Below, in pieces: positions 24,864 through 37,107 of a stretch of 64,000 nt of DNA; position 1 is the first letter of the stretch; each line of letters starts with the position of its first letter. Source of the stretch: Takakia lepidozioides (taxonomy: Eukaryota; Plantae; Bryophyta). The notes beneath the pieces were generated by a model. It worked only from the letters and a program-made list of their open reading frames with translations, ran no database searches and was not told the origin of the DNA. The position numbers were made by a program, and so were the translations under genes. The stretch covers positions 77,066,001-77,130,000 of the forward strand of contig CM060732.1 in NCBI GenBank assembly GCA_030704615.1, read 5' to 3'.

Positions 24864-26192
24864 GTGGGTTTTTCTCAATAACCATCAAATCGTTTTTTCA
24901 ATATCTGGACCTCACATTTGGAGAACTCGTAAAGGTTTTCTGGCACTGGTCATGCTCATAATAGGTAAATATGTTTCGCGAAGCTTTAAACAAAGCAGGG
25001 GTGAAGAACAAAGTCAGTATCTACGAAGGTCAAGGCCATGTATTTTGGCGTGACATGGACCAGGTACATTTGATTCACTCCTTTTGTTTCTGGAGATGGT
25101 ATATTTTACCATGCAAAAGATTTTGTATTCAGTTAGACGTCTAGACTCTAGGCATCTGCAAGAAAATGAGGTCTTTAAGGAGTGCGAGGTCTTGACAGGT
25201 GAAAGATAATGGGCCACAAAAGCGAGCATGGGTTGAGGTAACCACCTTCTTGAAAGAGGCACTGTCTAGTGGAGTTGTAGATAATGAAGTTGCATGAATT
25301 CTCCAACGCGTTTGTCTCTCATGCCAAAGCTTCCTCCCTGCTCATATCAGCTAACATGAAAGTATGTTGAAGGATCAAAGAGTCGCAGGTTTTTCAGTAT
25401 ATGAATTTTTAAAGTTCCTCTCGAGAGTATACTCAGGGGGATAGACAAAAGACCCTATCTTGCTCTCATGTGCCTTGGAATTCTAGAGTCCACTTGATAC
25501 ATCTGTTGTTGCTTAGAATAATGCACATTCTACAGAAAAATCTTTCCCATGCATTTTGCGCCTCCCACCAAATAAAGGTGTTTTTTCTTTTCTGCCACAA
25601 ATTTAATATCTTCATTGTGAATTATCTGCCTGATGGTTGTACATGAATGGATGCAAAGGCGCTCATTTCTTGGTTGACTTATTAGTAGATTGTCTTACCA
25701 CGCAGGCAAATTGAAGCAAAATTAGGGCCATAAAACTAGGCACTAGATACAACTAGCTACCAAAGCAACAATTTTGTCATCTTCTAACACTGCCAATGCG
25801 AACTGCACTGGCCATCTTCATCAGCTTCTCCCTATTCAAAGATGAAAGGTAGCTTGAGGCGAACAGGATAAGGTGTGTGTGTGTGCAGCTTGCCAAGGGG
25901 ATCACGTCGTATGGTTCCATTGGCAATGCACCAACTGATCCACTTTCGGCACAAAAACATGTGACATGCACTCACACGCACGTTCCAGTCTCGTGAGCGT
26001 CAATGGGGATTTTTAGTTCACATTCTTTGCATCACCCAGACAAAAATTTAGCATGTGTTGGGGCACCTAACAAATGGGCCATAGTTAGGGCAAGGATGTC
26101 ACCCCTTTAGGACTTGCACAGGCTCCAATGCGATGCTCTCAAAGCTGAAGTGCATTGAGTACTGCAGTTAGGCTGTGATTCATCACAGAACT

Positions 26193-27806
26193 TCAGGCAA
26201 CGGAAGAACCCCGGCCTCTGCGAAGTCTTGTGCCGCCGAGGAAATCTGGAGCCGGTCTTGGGAGTAGGAGTACTGCTGCGATGCCACCAAGAAATGCAAA
26301 GATGGATCCAAGCAAAAACGCGGGCAAATTTCCACCCCCAAAAAGCTCGTCCCAGGGACCACCTCCCACAGAGACCAACACTTGTGGCAGAACTACGGCG
26401 AGATTCATCAAACCCATCGACAAACCTTGACCACCACCAATTTTATCTGTGAAACTTGCTGTCAATGCATAAGGCACACTGTAAATCACTGCAAGTGGTA
26501 CTCCAAGCACTGCAAAAAGGACCACAGATGAAATCGTGACAGACAGAGGTGGCCCTGTAGGCCCAAAGGTAAGGGTTGATCGTTTTGCTGCTGTTGTGAT
26601 GAGCGCAGTCGCCGAAAAACAAGCTGCCAGTACCATGTTAGCCAGGCCCCACACATAGCTCGAACCCAATTTCCGGCAGAGATACTCAATTGAGAGCGAT
26701 GACAGTCCCAGCACTAGGGAATTGAGCATGAGACCGAGGGAACCCACGTGAACACCGTCTGCGTAGAGCTTCGAGACAAGCGGGTCTGAGGAAGATGGTT
26801 CGCCCCGGTACACCTCGCGTCCCATCCAATCAGTATCAAAGAGAAAAAATGGGTACAAGGCTATCCAAGTGAGTGCAGTTACAAGCATGATATACCACAT
26901 GGGCCGTGGGAGGTTCTTCAGTGCTTGAATCAACTCCCAGAACAACGCCTCCGAGTCCTCCTCCTCCTCATCCTCCTCATTCTCACTACCTCCCGAGACA
27001 CTTGCAGCACTCTTTGCAGCCTCTGGATCAGTGGGCTTTTCGGAGAGTAACGGGGTGGTAGAATCCGTGACCACATGCTTGCTGGCGATTGGATCCCATG
27101 GAATTTCCGACGCTGCTGTTAAGCTCACAAGAGTCGTAAACACCAGCACGAGGATGGCAAGGAGGAATGCAGATTTAAGATTGGCACAGGCAACATCACA
27201 TGCTCTTGTATACGTGAAGGGGAAGACTTTGTACCAACCACCGAAGGCCCCAGTAGCGTACCCCAGGACATTGCCTACAGCCATGAAGAGAGAATAGTAT
27301 GCATTCGCTCTTCGAGTTCGCCGTTGGTCCTTCCCAGTGAAGTCTGCCAACAGAGCTCGGCAGGGACCCTGCAACGTATTGTTAGCCAAGTCCAAGAGCC
27401 AGAATCCAACAACAAAAATGACGATTGCGCGCGGTCTGAAGCCAAGCGAATCCCCCAACAAGTAGCCCAGATCGGCAGCATACCCAATGACGAACACAGC
27501 AACAATTACAAGCAGGCCCCCCACAACTATGAACGGCCGCCGCCTGCCCCACACACTGGTGCAGCGATCGCTGTAATGCCCCACAACGGGCTGCACGAAC
27601 ATGCCCGAGATCGGCCCGCACAGCCATATCAAACTCGCCCACGCATGCGGAATTCCCAACTCCTGCACGTACGGCGTCAGCAGCGACAGTTGCAACGCCC
27701 ACCCAAACTGCACTCCCGCCGCCACCGACGCCACCTGCGCTAGCGCCCTCAACGGCACTCGATTCTTCCCTTTGTTGGACCTCCTCTCCCCCCCCTCCCA
27801 CCCCAT
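26193..27806 (-). CDS. Sucrose/H+ symporter (SUT/SUC, SUT4/type III-like), single exon, 537 aa
   Basis: VASVAAGVQFGWALQLSLLTPYVQELGIPHAWASLIWLCGP, SDRCTSVWGRRRPFI, DLANNTLQGPCRALLAD, FDTDWMGREVY, GGPWDELFGGGNLPAF. ATG at 27806; the extension upstream is (GA)n. Confidence 0.96.
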   Translation of the reverse strand: MGWEGGERRSNKGKNRVPLRALAQVASVAAGVQFGWALQLSLLTPYVQELGIPHAWASLIWLCGPISGMFVQPVVGHYSDRCTSVWGRRRPFIVVGGLLVIVAVFVIGYAADLGYLLGDSLGFRPRAIVIFVVGFWLLDLANNTLQGPCRALLADFTGKDQRRTRRANAYYSLFMAVGNVLGYATGAFGGWYKVFPFTYTRACDVACANLKSAFLLAILVLVFTTLVSLTAASEIPWDPIASKHVVTDSTTPLLSEKPTDPEAAKSAASVSGGSENEEDEEEEDSEALFWELIQALKNLPRPMWYIMLVTALTWIALYPFFLFDTDWMGREVYRGEPSSSDPLVSKLYADGVHVGSLGLMLNSLVLGLSSLSIEYLCRKLGSSYVWGLANMVLAACFSATALITTAAKRSTLTFGPTGPPLSVTISSVVLFAVLGVPLAVIYSVPYALTASFTDKIGGGQGLSMGLMNLAVVLPQVLVSVGGGPWDELFGGGNLPAFLLGSIFAFLGGIAAVLLLPRPAPDFLGGTRLRRGRGSSVA

Positions 27807-27811
27807 CTCCC

Positions 27812-27818
27812 TCCCTCC

Positions 27819-27854
<36 letters not shown>

Positions 27855-28069
27855 TCTCTCCTCTCCCTCCCTTTCTCTCCTCACGTCCTAAGATTCCTTC
27901 CCTGCACACACCTCCGCTTCTCCCTGACACATAAGTTATAGACTTTCCACTCAAACACCTCTCCCCCTCCCTTCGTCCCTCTCCGCCACGTGGCACCCCC
28001 CCTCATCCCTAAACCCTAACAAACTCTGCTTCTGCTGACCACCCCGCCACCCTCTCTTCTGTCCTCCAT

Positions 28070-28102
<33 letters not shown>
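27812..28102. repeat. (CT)n/(GA)n tracts in the 5' UTR/promoter of the SUT gene
   Basis: Dinucleotide runs at ~27820-27880 and ~28070-28102. Confidence 0.85.
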
Positions 28103-28105
<3 letters not shown>

Positions 28106-28639
28106 CTCCTGTGTCTCCTCGCTCCACCGAACTTACCTACTCACTGCAGTGCACACGTCTTCCCCACGCATCTCCACGCTCGTGCGCTGCACTTCTCTGT
28201 TCTTTTTCTTTTTAGAGAATTGTAGCCCTGTACAGTCTCTTTCCTGTTGTCTGACCTTCTTCAGGCGGTAGGTGATCTGACTTCTGTTTATCATTATATC
28301 TAGCTCTATGAGATTTTGCTTTTTCCCTTTGGGATAGTTTTACCCATTTTGTACACTCACTCACTTGTGTCTTTTTATACAGCTATACAGGGATATTCTT
28401 GTAAGTTCTTTGTTCTTTCTCTTTTTTGTTTTATTTTTATTTTTTGTTTTGAAAGGGAAATACCCGGAACGACCGCTCACAAATCAGGCGCCTTAATTAT
28501 ATTGAGAGGAGAAAATAACATCTTTTCTTTAGGTATACAGGAAAGAGATTTTCTTTTTCTTTTTCTTTCAATATCGGTATTCTTGCTGCTAGGCTCCCCT
28601 TTGAGAGCAACCTAGAGTAGTTAGTAACGGAAAATATTG

Positions 28640-28860
28640 ATTGATTGATTTATTTTATTTTTATTTATTTTTCTAGAAAAGGAAACCTGGAAGCGACTGC
28701 GCACAGTTCAGGCCCTTGAGGAGGGGGAAAAATTAACCCCCTTTCAGATAAGCCATCACGCACACAGGTGGGAAACGTCACCACCAGACCAACCGGTCAC
28801 ACACACCAGGCAGGGCAGCGGGTTTGAACCCCGAACCACCAGGGCCACACACTGTGCTTA
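28640..28860 (-). mobile_element. tRNA-derived SINE-like element
   Basis: The minus strand has the B-box GGTTCAAACCC (28820-28830) followed by a body and an A-rich tail (28640-28672). A related 3' end lies at ~28420-28497. Confidence 0.5.
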
Positions 28861-29534
28861 ATTTAATTATGGTTTTGTTTTTTGGTTAAATTATGGCTAA
28901 AATGTGGGTGATGTTTACAGGTATGACGTCCAGGTGCAGCCACCAACGTGTACTCGTTGGTGGACACGTGTACAAGTGTACGCAGTCCACGGGAGAGCGG
29001 GCCCACAGATGATTATGCGGCCAGCTTTTTTTGTTGTCTATATGTCGGCGTTGGAGGTTTGATCCCAGCACGCGGGGCCACTAACGGAGCGGTCAGTGTC
29101 CGTGTCCTGGCACGGAAAAAGAGACGGAAAGTGTATCCATCCAACATGCACTTTTCTTTTCGGGATGTTTATTTGGGGCGGCCCTACCGGCGCAAATTAT
29201 CGGTGCTATGATGAAACTAATGTTAGCAGGCAGGCTCGTGTTTGTGTCGTTATTCAGAAGGGTTGTATTTCAATAACGGGAGTCTGGAGTCGGGAGTCGG
29301 GAGTTGAACACACGCTGAGCTGCAGCAAAAGATCTTTGGATGGATGTGTGTGAGAAGTTGAATATTATTCATTGATGATGAGGCAACTTTGAGTGATGGG
29401 ATGATACGCAATCGTTCAAGTCCAAGATGATGTGGCAGTTCCATAGTACATGCTACACAAACACGCAACATTGACCGGGTACATTAGATCGCAATGCAAT
29501 ATAGCCACCAAAAGCAATGTGTCCCTCTAAATTG

Positions 29535-29690
29535 TTTTTGTTTTTTTTAAAGAAGAGGGACAGTGGCCTCGAATTTCGAAACTTTATAGATAATGAACGA
29601 AACGACCCAGAATTACAGAGGGTGGAAAAATTAACCACCGGCACTGCCGTCAAGGCTTACTGTGCCGGGGGGACATCCCCGGAAATTGTC
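29535..29690 (-). repeat. 3' end of a non-LTR element (LINE/SINE) with poly(A) tail; second copy in the opposite orientation at 35641-35736
   Basis: AAGAGGGACAG.GGCCTC...AAACTTTATA.ATAA...CCCAGAATTACA matches the reverse complement of 35641-35712. Both copies abut A-tails. Confidence 0.6.
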
Positions 29691-31109
29691 TATCTATCAA
29701 ACATGCACCAAAATCATACATTACTTAATATTTTATCCAATCATCTTAAATATTTAATTTATTTATATATGTTAAACGTTGAATGGTTTTGTGAAAATTT
29801 CTCGCGACTCCTGCAATGCTTTGCGTGGTCGTGCCTTAAGAAGGCAAATCCAACAAAATAACTCTCATTTCTTTCAAAAATGTAATGTAGGACTATGCAA
29901 CAAGTGAGTTTATACTATACAATGCATTGGATCGTCACTAACAACTAACATTACAAGCTGTTGACCTAATATGAGGTGAAAAGCCCATGTTGGATGAAAC
30001 ACTTCAAATCCTGCGGTCAGCACTTTATACTACAAAATTGGGGTGTAGTTTCAATCTAAAGTGGTGCTTAGGTGACGAAATGATGTTCCATGTAGCACAA
30101 ACATTTGCCCAACATATAGAAAGTGTTCTATGAACAATTTGGTGAATATGACTTGCAAGTACCCAACCAGATCGCGAAGAGATTCATGAGAATATTAATA
30201 TTAATTTTGAAAGTAAAGAAAATGATGTAATAATGTTGCGTGCAAAAGAAATTACAAGATCATCATTGATGTTTGACTCTCTTTACCCTCATGATTTTTT
30301 TGATGAAATTGGCATACTTAATGGGCTTTGCAAAGGATACCGGTATGAAACTTTGCACAATTAACCGCCGGCACAATCCGGGTCGCACCATATATCATCC
30401 AGACTGTAACTTTTGCAGATGTGGATGGCATTCACCCAGCCCTAAAGCAAATTTATAGCCTCGTCCTGTCCATCCACAAAAACTGAAAAATCCTTAAAGC
30501 TCCAGACTGTAGGATTTTTAGAAAATGGTGGGGTCCCAGATTTGGGACCCAACGGTCGAGTTGACCGTCGACATGGCAAGGAGCATACTCCCATCAATGC
30601 AAAGCCGGCAGTGGGGCCATGTGCTAGCCGAAAAATCTTGCCTTAGGTGACAAAAAGTCCACCGGTTTTTGGCAAGATTTATTTTCAACATAAGTGATGA
30701 TCTCTGCTTGAACCTCAGAAATTTCTTAGCAAATCCCTTTCTATGCCACATTGCAAAGGTCTCACAAAAGGCATTTCAAAAATTGACAAAATTTACGTGC
30801 TTTGTGTGCATGGAAGTCTCCATGTTCAAGTTGTCGCTTATGGAGGTGTTTGGAACCCTTCTGAATTTAGCTACAAAAGAGTTACCTCGTAGATAGCTTA
30901 GTTTTGGCTGGAATTTGGAATGTTCATGGATTACCTACCAAAGAATAGGAATACTAAGGTTTGACACAAAGATAAAATCATAATGCTTGTTCTATTAAAA
31001 ACTAGGATTTTAGTTCTTTGTGAAATTGATTTTGTCCCACCAAAATCATTATAATCTTGTATAATCCACGGTGGATTCCTTCCACATTTCGCATAGAGGT
31101 GCAGGTGCT

Positions 31110-31520
31110 AGGTACACATCTTGTGGGGGATGTCGTATATCCAATTCAAACGTGGTGTCAAAAAGCTCATCATGCAAAGGCTATGGGTTTAGGTGACCGG
31201 AATGTGTACGACAAATATTTGCGAAAATGAAGAGTCAAAATCGAGAATTCTTATGGCATGTTGAAAAACAAGTGGAGGATTTTGCAAAAATTCAACGTTG
31301 CAATACTGTATGCACCCCAAACCATTCTGGCATGTTGCGTATTGCACAATTTTTGTGCATCGATAATGGGGAGGTGTGGCGAGGAGAATTGTCACATGAT
31401 CCTTTGAACAATGACAACAATATTAATGTGCCTCCACTTGCTATTGTTCTATGGGAAAAACGGGCGGGGCCTGCAGAGCGTCCAAGCACCGCCATGAGAC
31501 AAGCATTGTTCCAGCAATGA
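31110..31520 (+). pseudogene. PIF/Harbinger (HARBI1-like, DDE_Tnp_4) transposase C-terminal remnant
   Basis: HLVGDVVYPIQTW and RVKIENSYGMLKNKWRIL...ILACCVLHNFC, read manually in frames not shown in the ORF track. Confidence 0.85.
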
Positions 31521-31799
31521 TTAGAGAATAGATGATATGAACCAATGTAACCAAGGTAACATGCATAATTGTACATGCACACAGTAATAAAATCGATGCA
31601 CAATGTATTTGGAATATCATTTTGTGTGGTTAAATAGAATTGCAATATGTAGTAACCAAATTTTTGCAAACATCTTTTAGATGACTCTATTAATGAGTGT
31701 AAGCATGTACATAAGAGGACTTTAAGGACATGACTTGATGATCGTAAGCAAATAAACGTGTATAATCTAATGTAAGAGGATTGTAATGAAATCTGAATT

Positions 31800-32465
31800 G
31801 AACTATGGGCTGTAAGTACTATAATGACTCTAAGCATGTGTAAAAATATTGTTATAAGGACTTAAGTAATGACTCTAAGCATGTAGATATGAGGACTCTA
31901 TCGAACCATAAGCATAAGGGCTGTAAGCATCAACATAAAAATATAAGAGTCTTATAATAATTTTAAGCATACATATAAGAAGGATGTAAGGACTATAAGC
32001 ATATTTATATAAGAGCATAAGTACGTCTATAAAAGACTCTAAGAATTATAATGACTCTAAGAGGACTATAAGCATAAAGAGCATAAGGGCTTTAAGCATG
32101 AACATAAGAAACATACAAAGGTTGTAAGGATACATAAGAGCATAAGGGCATAAGAGAATGAGAGCATAAGAGCATAAGTACTATAAAGACTATAAAGATT
32201 ATAATGACTCTAAGAGGACTATAAGCATAAACATAAGAGAAAAAAGACTTTAAGCATGAACATAAGAGAATACATCGACTTTAAGCATGCACATAAGAGG
32301 GTTGTAAGGACTATAATGACTCTATATCCATGACTATGAGGACTGTTAGTACTATAATCGCATCTAGGACTATAAGAATTGTTAGTACTATAATGACTCT
32401 GCATCTAGGACTGTTATGACTGTAAGAATTATAATTATGACTCTTAAAGGACTATAAGAGGACTT
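31800..32465. repeat. AT-rich degenerate tandem array (GACTATAAG/GACTCTAAG/AGCATAAG units) between the convergent Harbinger ORFs
   Basis: Seen directly. Confidence 0.8.
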
Positions 32466-32575
32466 TGATACAAATGTGTGAAATGATTGTAAGCAGTGAG
32501 GATCATTGATCAATAAAGAGGCAACATGCACTCTTTTAAATCATAAGCAAATAAACAACTTTGGAGGCCATATGG

Positions 32576-33425
32576 CTATGAAGGAGGAGGGGGAGATGTA
32601 CATGATTGTCCACCCAAAGCCTTTGTCATTTCAAGTTGTATGGTAAGGCAAAAAATTTCCATTTCCGCAGTTTGACGCATCCTCTCCACCTCTGTTTTGT
32701 GATAGAACTCACCAAATTTGACCATAGTACTAGCAAGGGATTTTGCGGCATTAGGGCTGCCATTGGAGTTCCGCCGTCTTTTTGGGGTCTTGTGTTTGGT
32801 TTGCCAGCCACCTTGGCATGGGCAACTCCTGCTGATCGTGGGGTGGTGGGTGTCGGAATATTGATAGGACTTGTCTCCTCCAAATTTATGCATTCCACAT
32901 TCGCATCAATATTTACTCCATCATGATCTTGTGTGCATCTCAGCGTGTTTGGTACACCTCTAATGATTCCCTTGCAGTTCAACATCCGGAGACAGTAGAC
33001 ATGAAGGGGTAAAGTAATAAGGATCATGATAAAGTGATAATGATCGTCAACATGCCTTTCGAAAGCTTTTGGCATAGTCCACTTGGTGTTTAGTCTCTCA
33101 CCATTGTCAATAGTAGCACCCAACACATCACCTGTTGTCGGATTCGTAGCAATATTTTTGTTCCATGCTCAAAAAGTATGGTCATTTCGAAGACACTGCT
33201 CATATGGAAGTGCATTTGTCCCTCTGATAACGTCTCTTCAAGCTGTCCATCTTTCTTTTTAAATTCTTTGGCGGTTTTCTCCGGAGTACCTAGATGTCTG
33301 ACCACATTCACACTATCGAGAATGTCAGCCCAATCTGATGGCCTAAAATTTCCTTTTTTGATGTGCGCATACCGTTACTCAAAAGCCTCCAATAAACCAT
33401 AAGTCTCATCTACATGTCCAACTGA
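32576..33425 (-). pseudogene. Myb/SANT-like (trihelix) partner ORF of the Harbinger element
   Basis: DETYGLLEAFE*RYAHIKKGNFRPSDWADILDSVN...KTAKEFKKK, plus the C-terminal coiled coil SLASTMVKFGEFYHKTEVERMRQTAEME. Confidence 0.7.
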
Positions 33426-34169
33426 CTTGCTCCGCTGGACCTTTCATTGCAAAGAGGAAGGCACTCTATAACACGTGAAAGCACCCTAAACCGTAGGCAA
33501 GAGCAAAAGAAGCTCTCACAAAGAGCCCTCCGGCTAATTAACCCTACACACAGATTTAGCCATGATAGCAATGGGGAAGGAATGGAGGGATGACATAGAC
33601 AGCGTGAAGTACCTACAATAGGCCGTCTGTCCTTTCCTCGCTGTCACGTTCCTCCAGGGTGGACCCCGCCCCGCCACACCCGCTGCAGACACCACATCTT
33701 GTTGGGACAGATGGATTTTAGTAGTGTGAACCTGCCTTTAGGCTCCTCCCCCATCTAGAGGGGAGTGTCTACCTCTATTGGAGCTGCCAGCTTGCTGGGG
33801 TTATATCGTTCCATCAAACTCTTGAATCCGATTCTCTAGAACAGACTTGAGATCCCTTACCCCATGAGATGTCAAATTCTGCACGAAGTTGCGTTCTTCT
33901 TCTCTAAATGTATCTGCAAATAGCTTCCCTCAACACCCGCCAAGCATTTTTTGCTTTAGACATTAGTCTCAATGACTCCTAAAAAGCCCTTACACATATG
34001 GGTTTTCCTTCAAAAGTAGGATTTTTTTTATTATGGATGAAAGTAGATCTCACTATTGACAAGTGATGAGCAATGACGTGACTAGTCTAGTTGCTTGTTA
34101 ACGGCTCATTAAGACTACGGGGTTTTTTTTTAACACTTGAAGATACCAATGTTCACCCACAACAAATTA

Positions 34170-35405
34170 ATTGGACATAGTTCTTGGGCATGATGTGACA
34201 TTAACTTTTAACTGCGTAGGGTTCGAATTCTTTTTAAAAGGAGACCATTCTGCGTCTCCCGCTCTAAGGAGTGGTTCTTTCATGATTACTCCAGTTTTGT
34301 CATAACGAATTGCATCTAAAATGTGTGGCATCATGAGTTCCACCCGGTCGATTAACACACACATCCAAAAAACATTTGTTGTGGTCACATACACCTTGCA
34401 TCAATATAGAGAGCCCGCCTTTATGACAAAAAATATCCATGAGCACATACTTCACATCTGGTTGACGCCACAAAGGAATTTTGGATTTATCAAATGCTCC
34501 CCACATATTTCGAACTCCTGTTAAGTTCTCAAAACCTACAATGATGTCCTCTAAATAATATCCGGTAGGCAAAAATATGAACTGACGGTACATGTATGTT
34601 GAGGTATGTTGCAAGAACAACAGAATAAGTTTTGTGCAATTGGTCACAGTTGATGGTTCTACTCCCATAAGATCGGTTACTTTTCTCATGGACAAAGTTG
34701 TGTGCGAAGTCTAATCAAAACAAAGGCTACTACATGTTTAGGGTAAAGAGGGGTTCTCATGGTAGTGATTTGCTTTTCAATGAACGGTGTCAACAAGCTC
34801 ACCAATTTCAAGAAGTTGATATGAGTCATACGATATTCTTTTTTTCACCGTGAGTCGAGCATGCCATCTCCAAGCTATGGCCAAATTCGACAATGAATGA
34901 TCTCCCACAAAATGTACTGTTTAGGTAGTTTCCACCAAGCTTTACATTGCATCTCCATCTCTTTCTTCTTCTCTCCAAAGTGTTGCAAGCCATGGCAGCA
35001 AATATACAAAATATAAACAGAACGAAAGAAGAAACCCTTCCAACCCACATCTGAGCCAAAGACTAACAAAAAAACCAAACAAATATGAAACATGTACACT
35101 TAGTACTAACTCTCATAAATAGTTTGTACACTTAGTACTCTGCACAACTCTCATAAGTTTGTACACTAAGTACCTCCACAACTCTCATAACCGTACTAGT
35201 TTGTAACTTAGTACGAGCAGAGCTCTCACAAACACAGAAGCCACAAAGAGCTTGGGTGTGGCTAAACTCATATGTTGCGTCACATGTGCAATATCCCGTG
35301 TGAACGTGCTGCACCATCCGTCCCGTCCGTCCCCTTCCACATGTGTGGAGGGCCCGCCACTATGGCTGGACAGGACGGACGGATTTTTGCCATGTGAACC
35401 TCACT
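34170..35405 (-). mobile_element. Second, truncated PIF/Harbinger element with the N-terminal/central transposase on the minus strand (~34990-34170)
   Basis: EYRMTHINFLKLVELLTPFIEKQITTMR, RKVTDLMGVEPSTV, GAFDKSKIP, ILMQGVCDHNKCFLDVCVNRPGGTHDA. Terminus ...GGATTTTTGCCATGTGAACC resembles the one at 33713-33737. Confidence 0.8.
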
Positions 35406-36064
35406 TGACATTAATTGGAGGCACCGTAGGTCTTTTACGAAAGGGCGGTCAAAAGCTCAATTGTCTTTTGGACCTCGAAAATGATTATGTAACTGTCTCT
35501 AGTGCTCTATCATTTTTCTAGATCTTAGCCTTATTTAAACTCTGCCTGAGGGAAGAGCTCCTTCTCTTGTGGTTTGTGGTCACAAAGCAAAGTCTTCCCC
35601 AATCAGCCTCTATGGCATTCAAACTGAGGTTATTTTTTCCTCGTTGTAATTCTGGGATGTTTTATGTCCCCCCTTATTTATAAAGTTTTAGAGGCCTCTG
35701 TCCCTCTTTCTTAAAAATAAAAATAAAAATAAAAAATCCTTGCCCTCTAAATTGAAGGTTGTCTCATGCCAAAATAGGCATAATTATGGTGTAAGATGGC
35801 GTAACTAAGTTTGGAAGGTGGGGCGCTTTTAAACCCCTACCCAAAACAACGTGGTTAAACCTCCCCTCTCGAAAGTTCCCAGCTACCTACCCAATGAACT
35901 ATGTATATGTATGCAAAAAGGCAATGGAGACCGAAATTGGATTGATAAAGGTGGACAAAATAACCACTGGGACATAAAGGTTACACAAGGGGTACCACCC
36001 TGACACCAAAAAGCAAGAAAACCCACATCCGGCAAGAAAGAACAGAAACAAGAAACGGGGATAA

Positions 36065-36535
36065 GAGGCGGGTTCCATGGGCAGCTGCAAGCGCCCCCCC
36101 CCCTGCATGAATCGCCCCCAGGATTAGTGAGACGCTATTGATCCAAATAGCATATACCCTAAGGGACGCCCCCACGGACTGTCCCCTTGCTAAGGGGCGA
36201 AAAAAAACCGTCCGTTCACAAGAGGCAATTGAATTTCAGGGCACCCCTTTGTCTTTTCCTCCAGCGGGCCCGCAGACTTACAAAATACATTGATTTCCAT
36301 CCAAACTTAATCTAAATTTTAGGGGAGGGAATGATTTTTGATATTTTCATCCAAAACTTATATTAATTGTCCATTTATATGTCATGGGCCCGGAGCAATT
36401 GGTGCAATAGATTTTTAGAGGGGTGAATGGAAAGGTGTCCATGGAACCACCCCTTCTCATTTTCAAGGGGCGATTCCATCCTGGGGCGATTCCATCCTGG
36501 GGCGCTTGCTTGGGGGCATCCATGGAACCCAGCCC
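36065..36535. mobile_element. Tourist-like MITE
   Basis: TIRs GAGGCGGGTTCCATGG / CCATGGAACCCAGCCC (13/16 match), flanked by TAA on both sides (36062-64 and 36536-38). Subterminal GGGGCGATTCCATCCT repeats. Confidence 0.75.
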
Positions 36536-37107
36536 TAAGATTGAAGGACAATTCCTTTCATGTTGGTCGACTATAAAGGATGATATCCAACATACAATGG
36601 CTTTGTTGGATGCTATTTTAATTTGATTAAAATTAGGGCATCTCCCGTATTATTTAGAAAAACAATATTGTGCCCAATGACAACATGATGCTAAAACATC
36701 CTCTGCATTGGCATGTGGGTTTGGGCTTCAACCCCTCTCTCTGCCTTCGAGTTGGGGCTCAACCTCCCTGACCCTCTCATCCATTGTCTCTTGTTACTTT
36801 GTTGTATAACCAAGGTGGCGTTACTTGGGGAAGGTACAACATAATCAAACTGGTTTTTTCGTACTAGAGACAGGCGAGCCCTATGACCCCTATGACCGCG
36901 CACGGGGCAGAGTCGGCCAAACACGACCCATTCACTTACGTTAAAGGCACGTGTGGCGTATTCTCGCCGCCACTTGGTGCAATATGATTGGGGCTCAATT
37001 ATCCCATATCGATTGCCCAGATTCAGGCCCATGAGAGGATATAAACGGGTGAGCCACAAGGGAAAGGTGGGGGGATGATGGCTACTGGCTGATGACATGG
37101 GCCTGGT

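Larger units (their letters stand above)
30400..33737. mobile_element. Decayed PIF/Harbinger transposon (transposase +, Myb/SANT -); left end uncertain
   Basis: Convergent transposase and Myb/SANT remnants. The right terminus GTGTGAACCTGCCT is followed by TTA (33738-33740). Confidence 0.7.

Noticed and set aside
27807-27996. N-terminal extension of SUT and overlapping 204-aa ORF
   Set aside because: These are translations of a (GA)n microsatellite and an alternative frame. The real start is ATG 27806.
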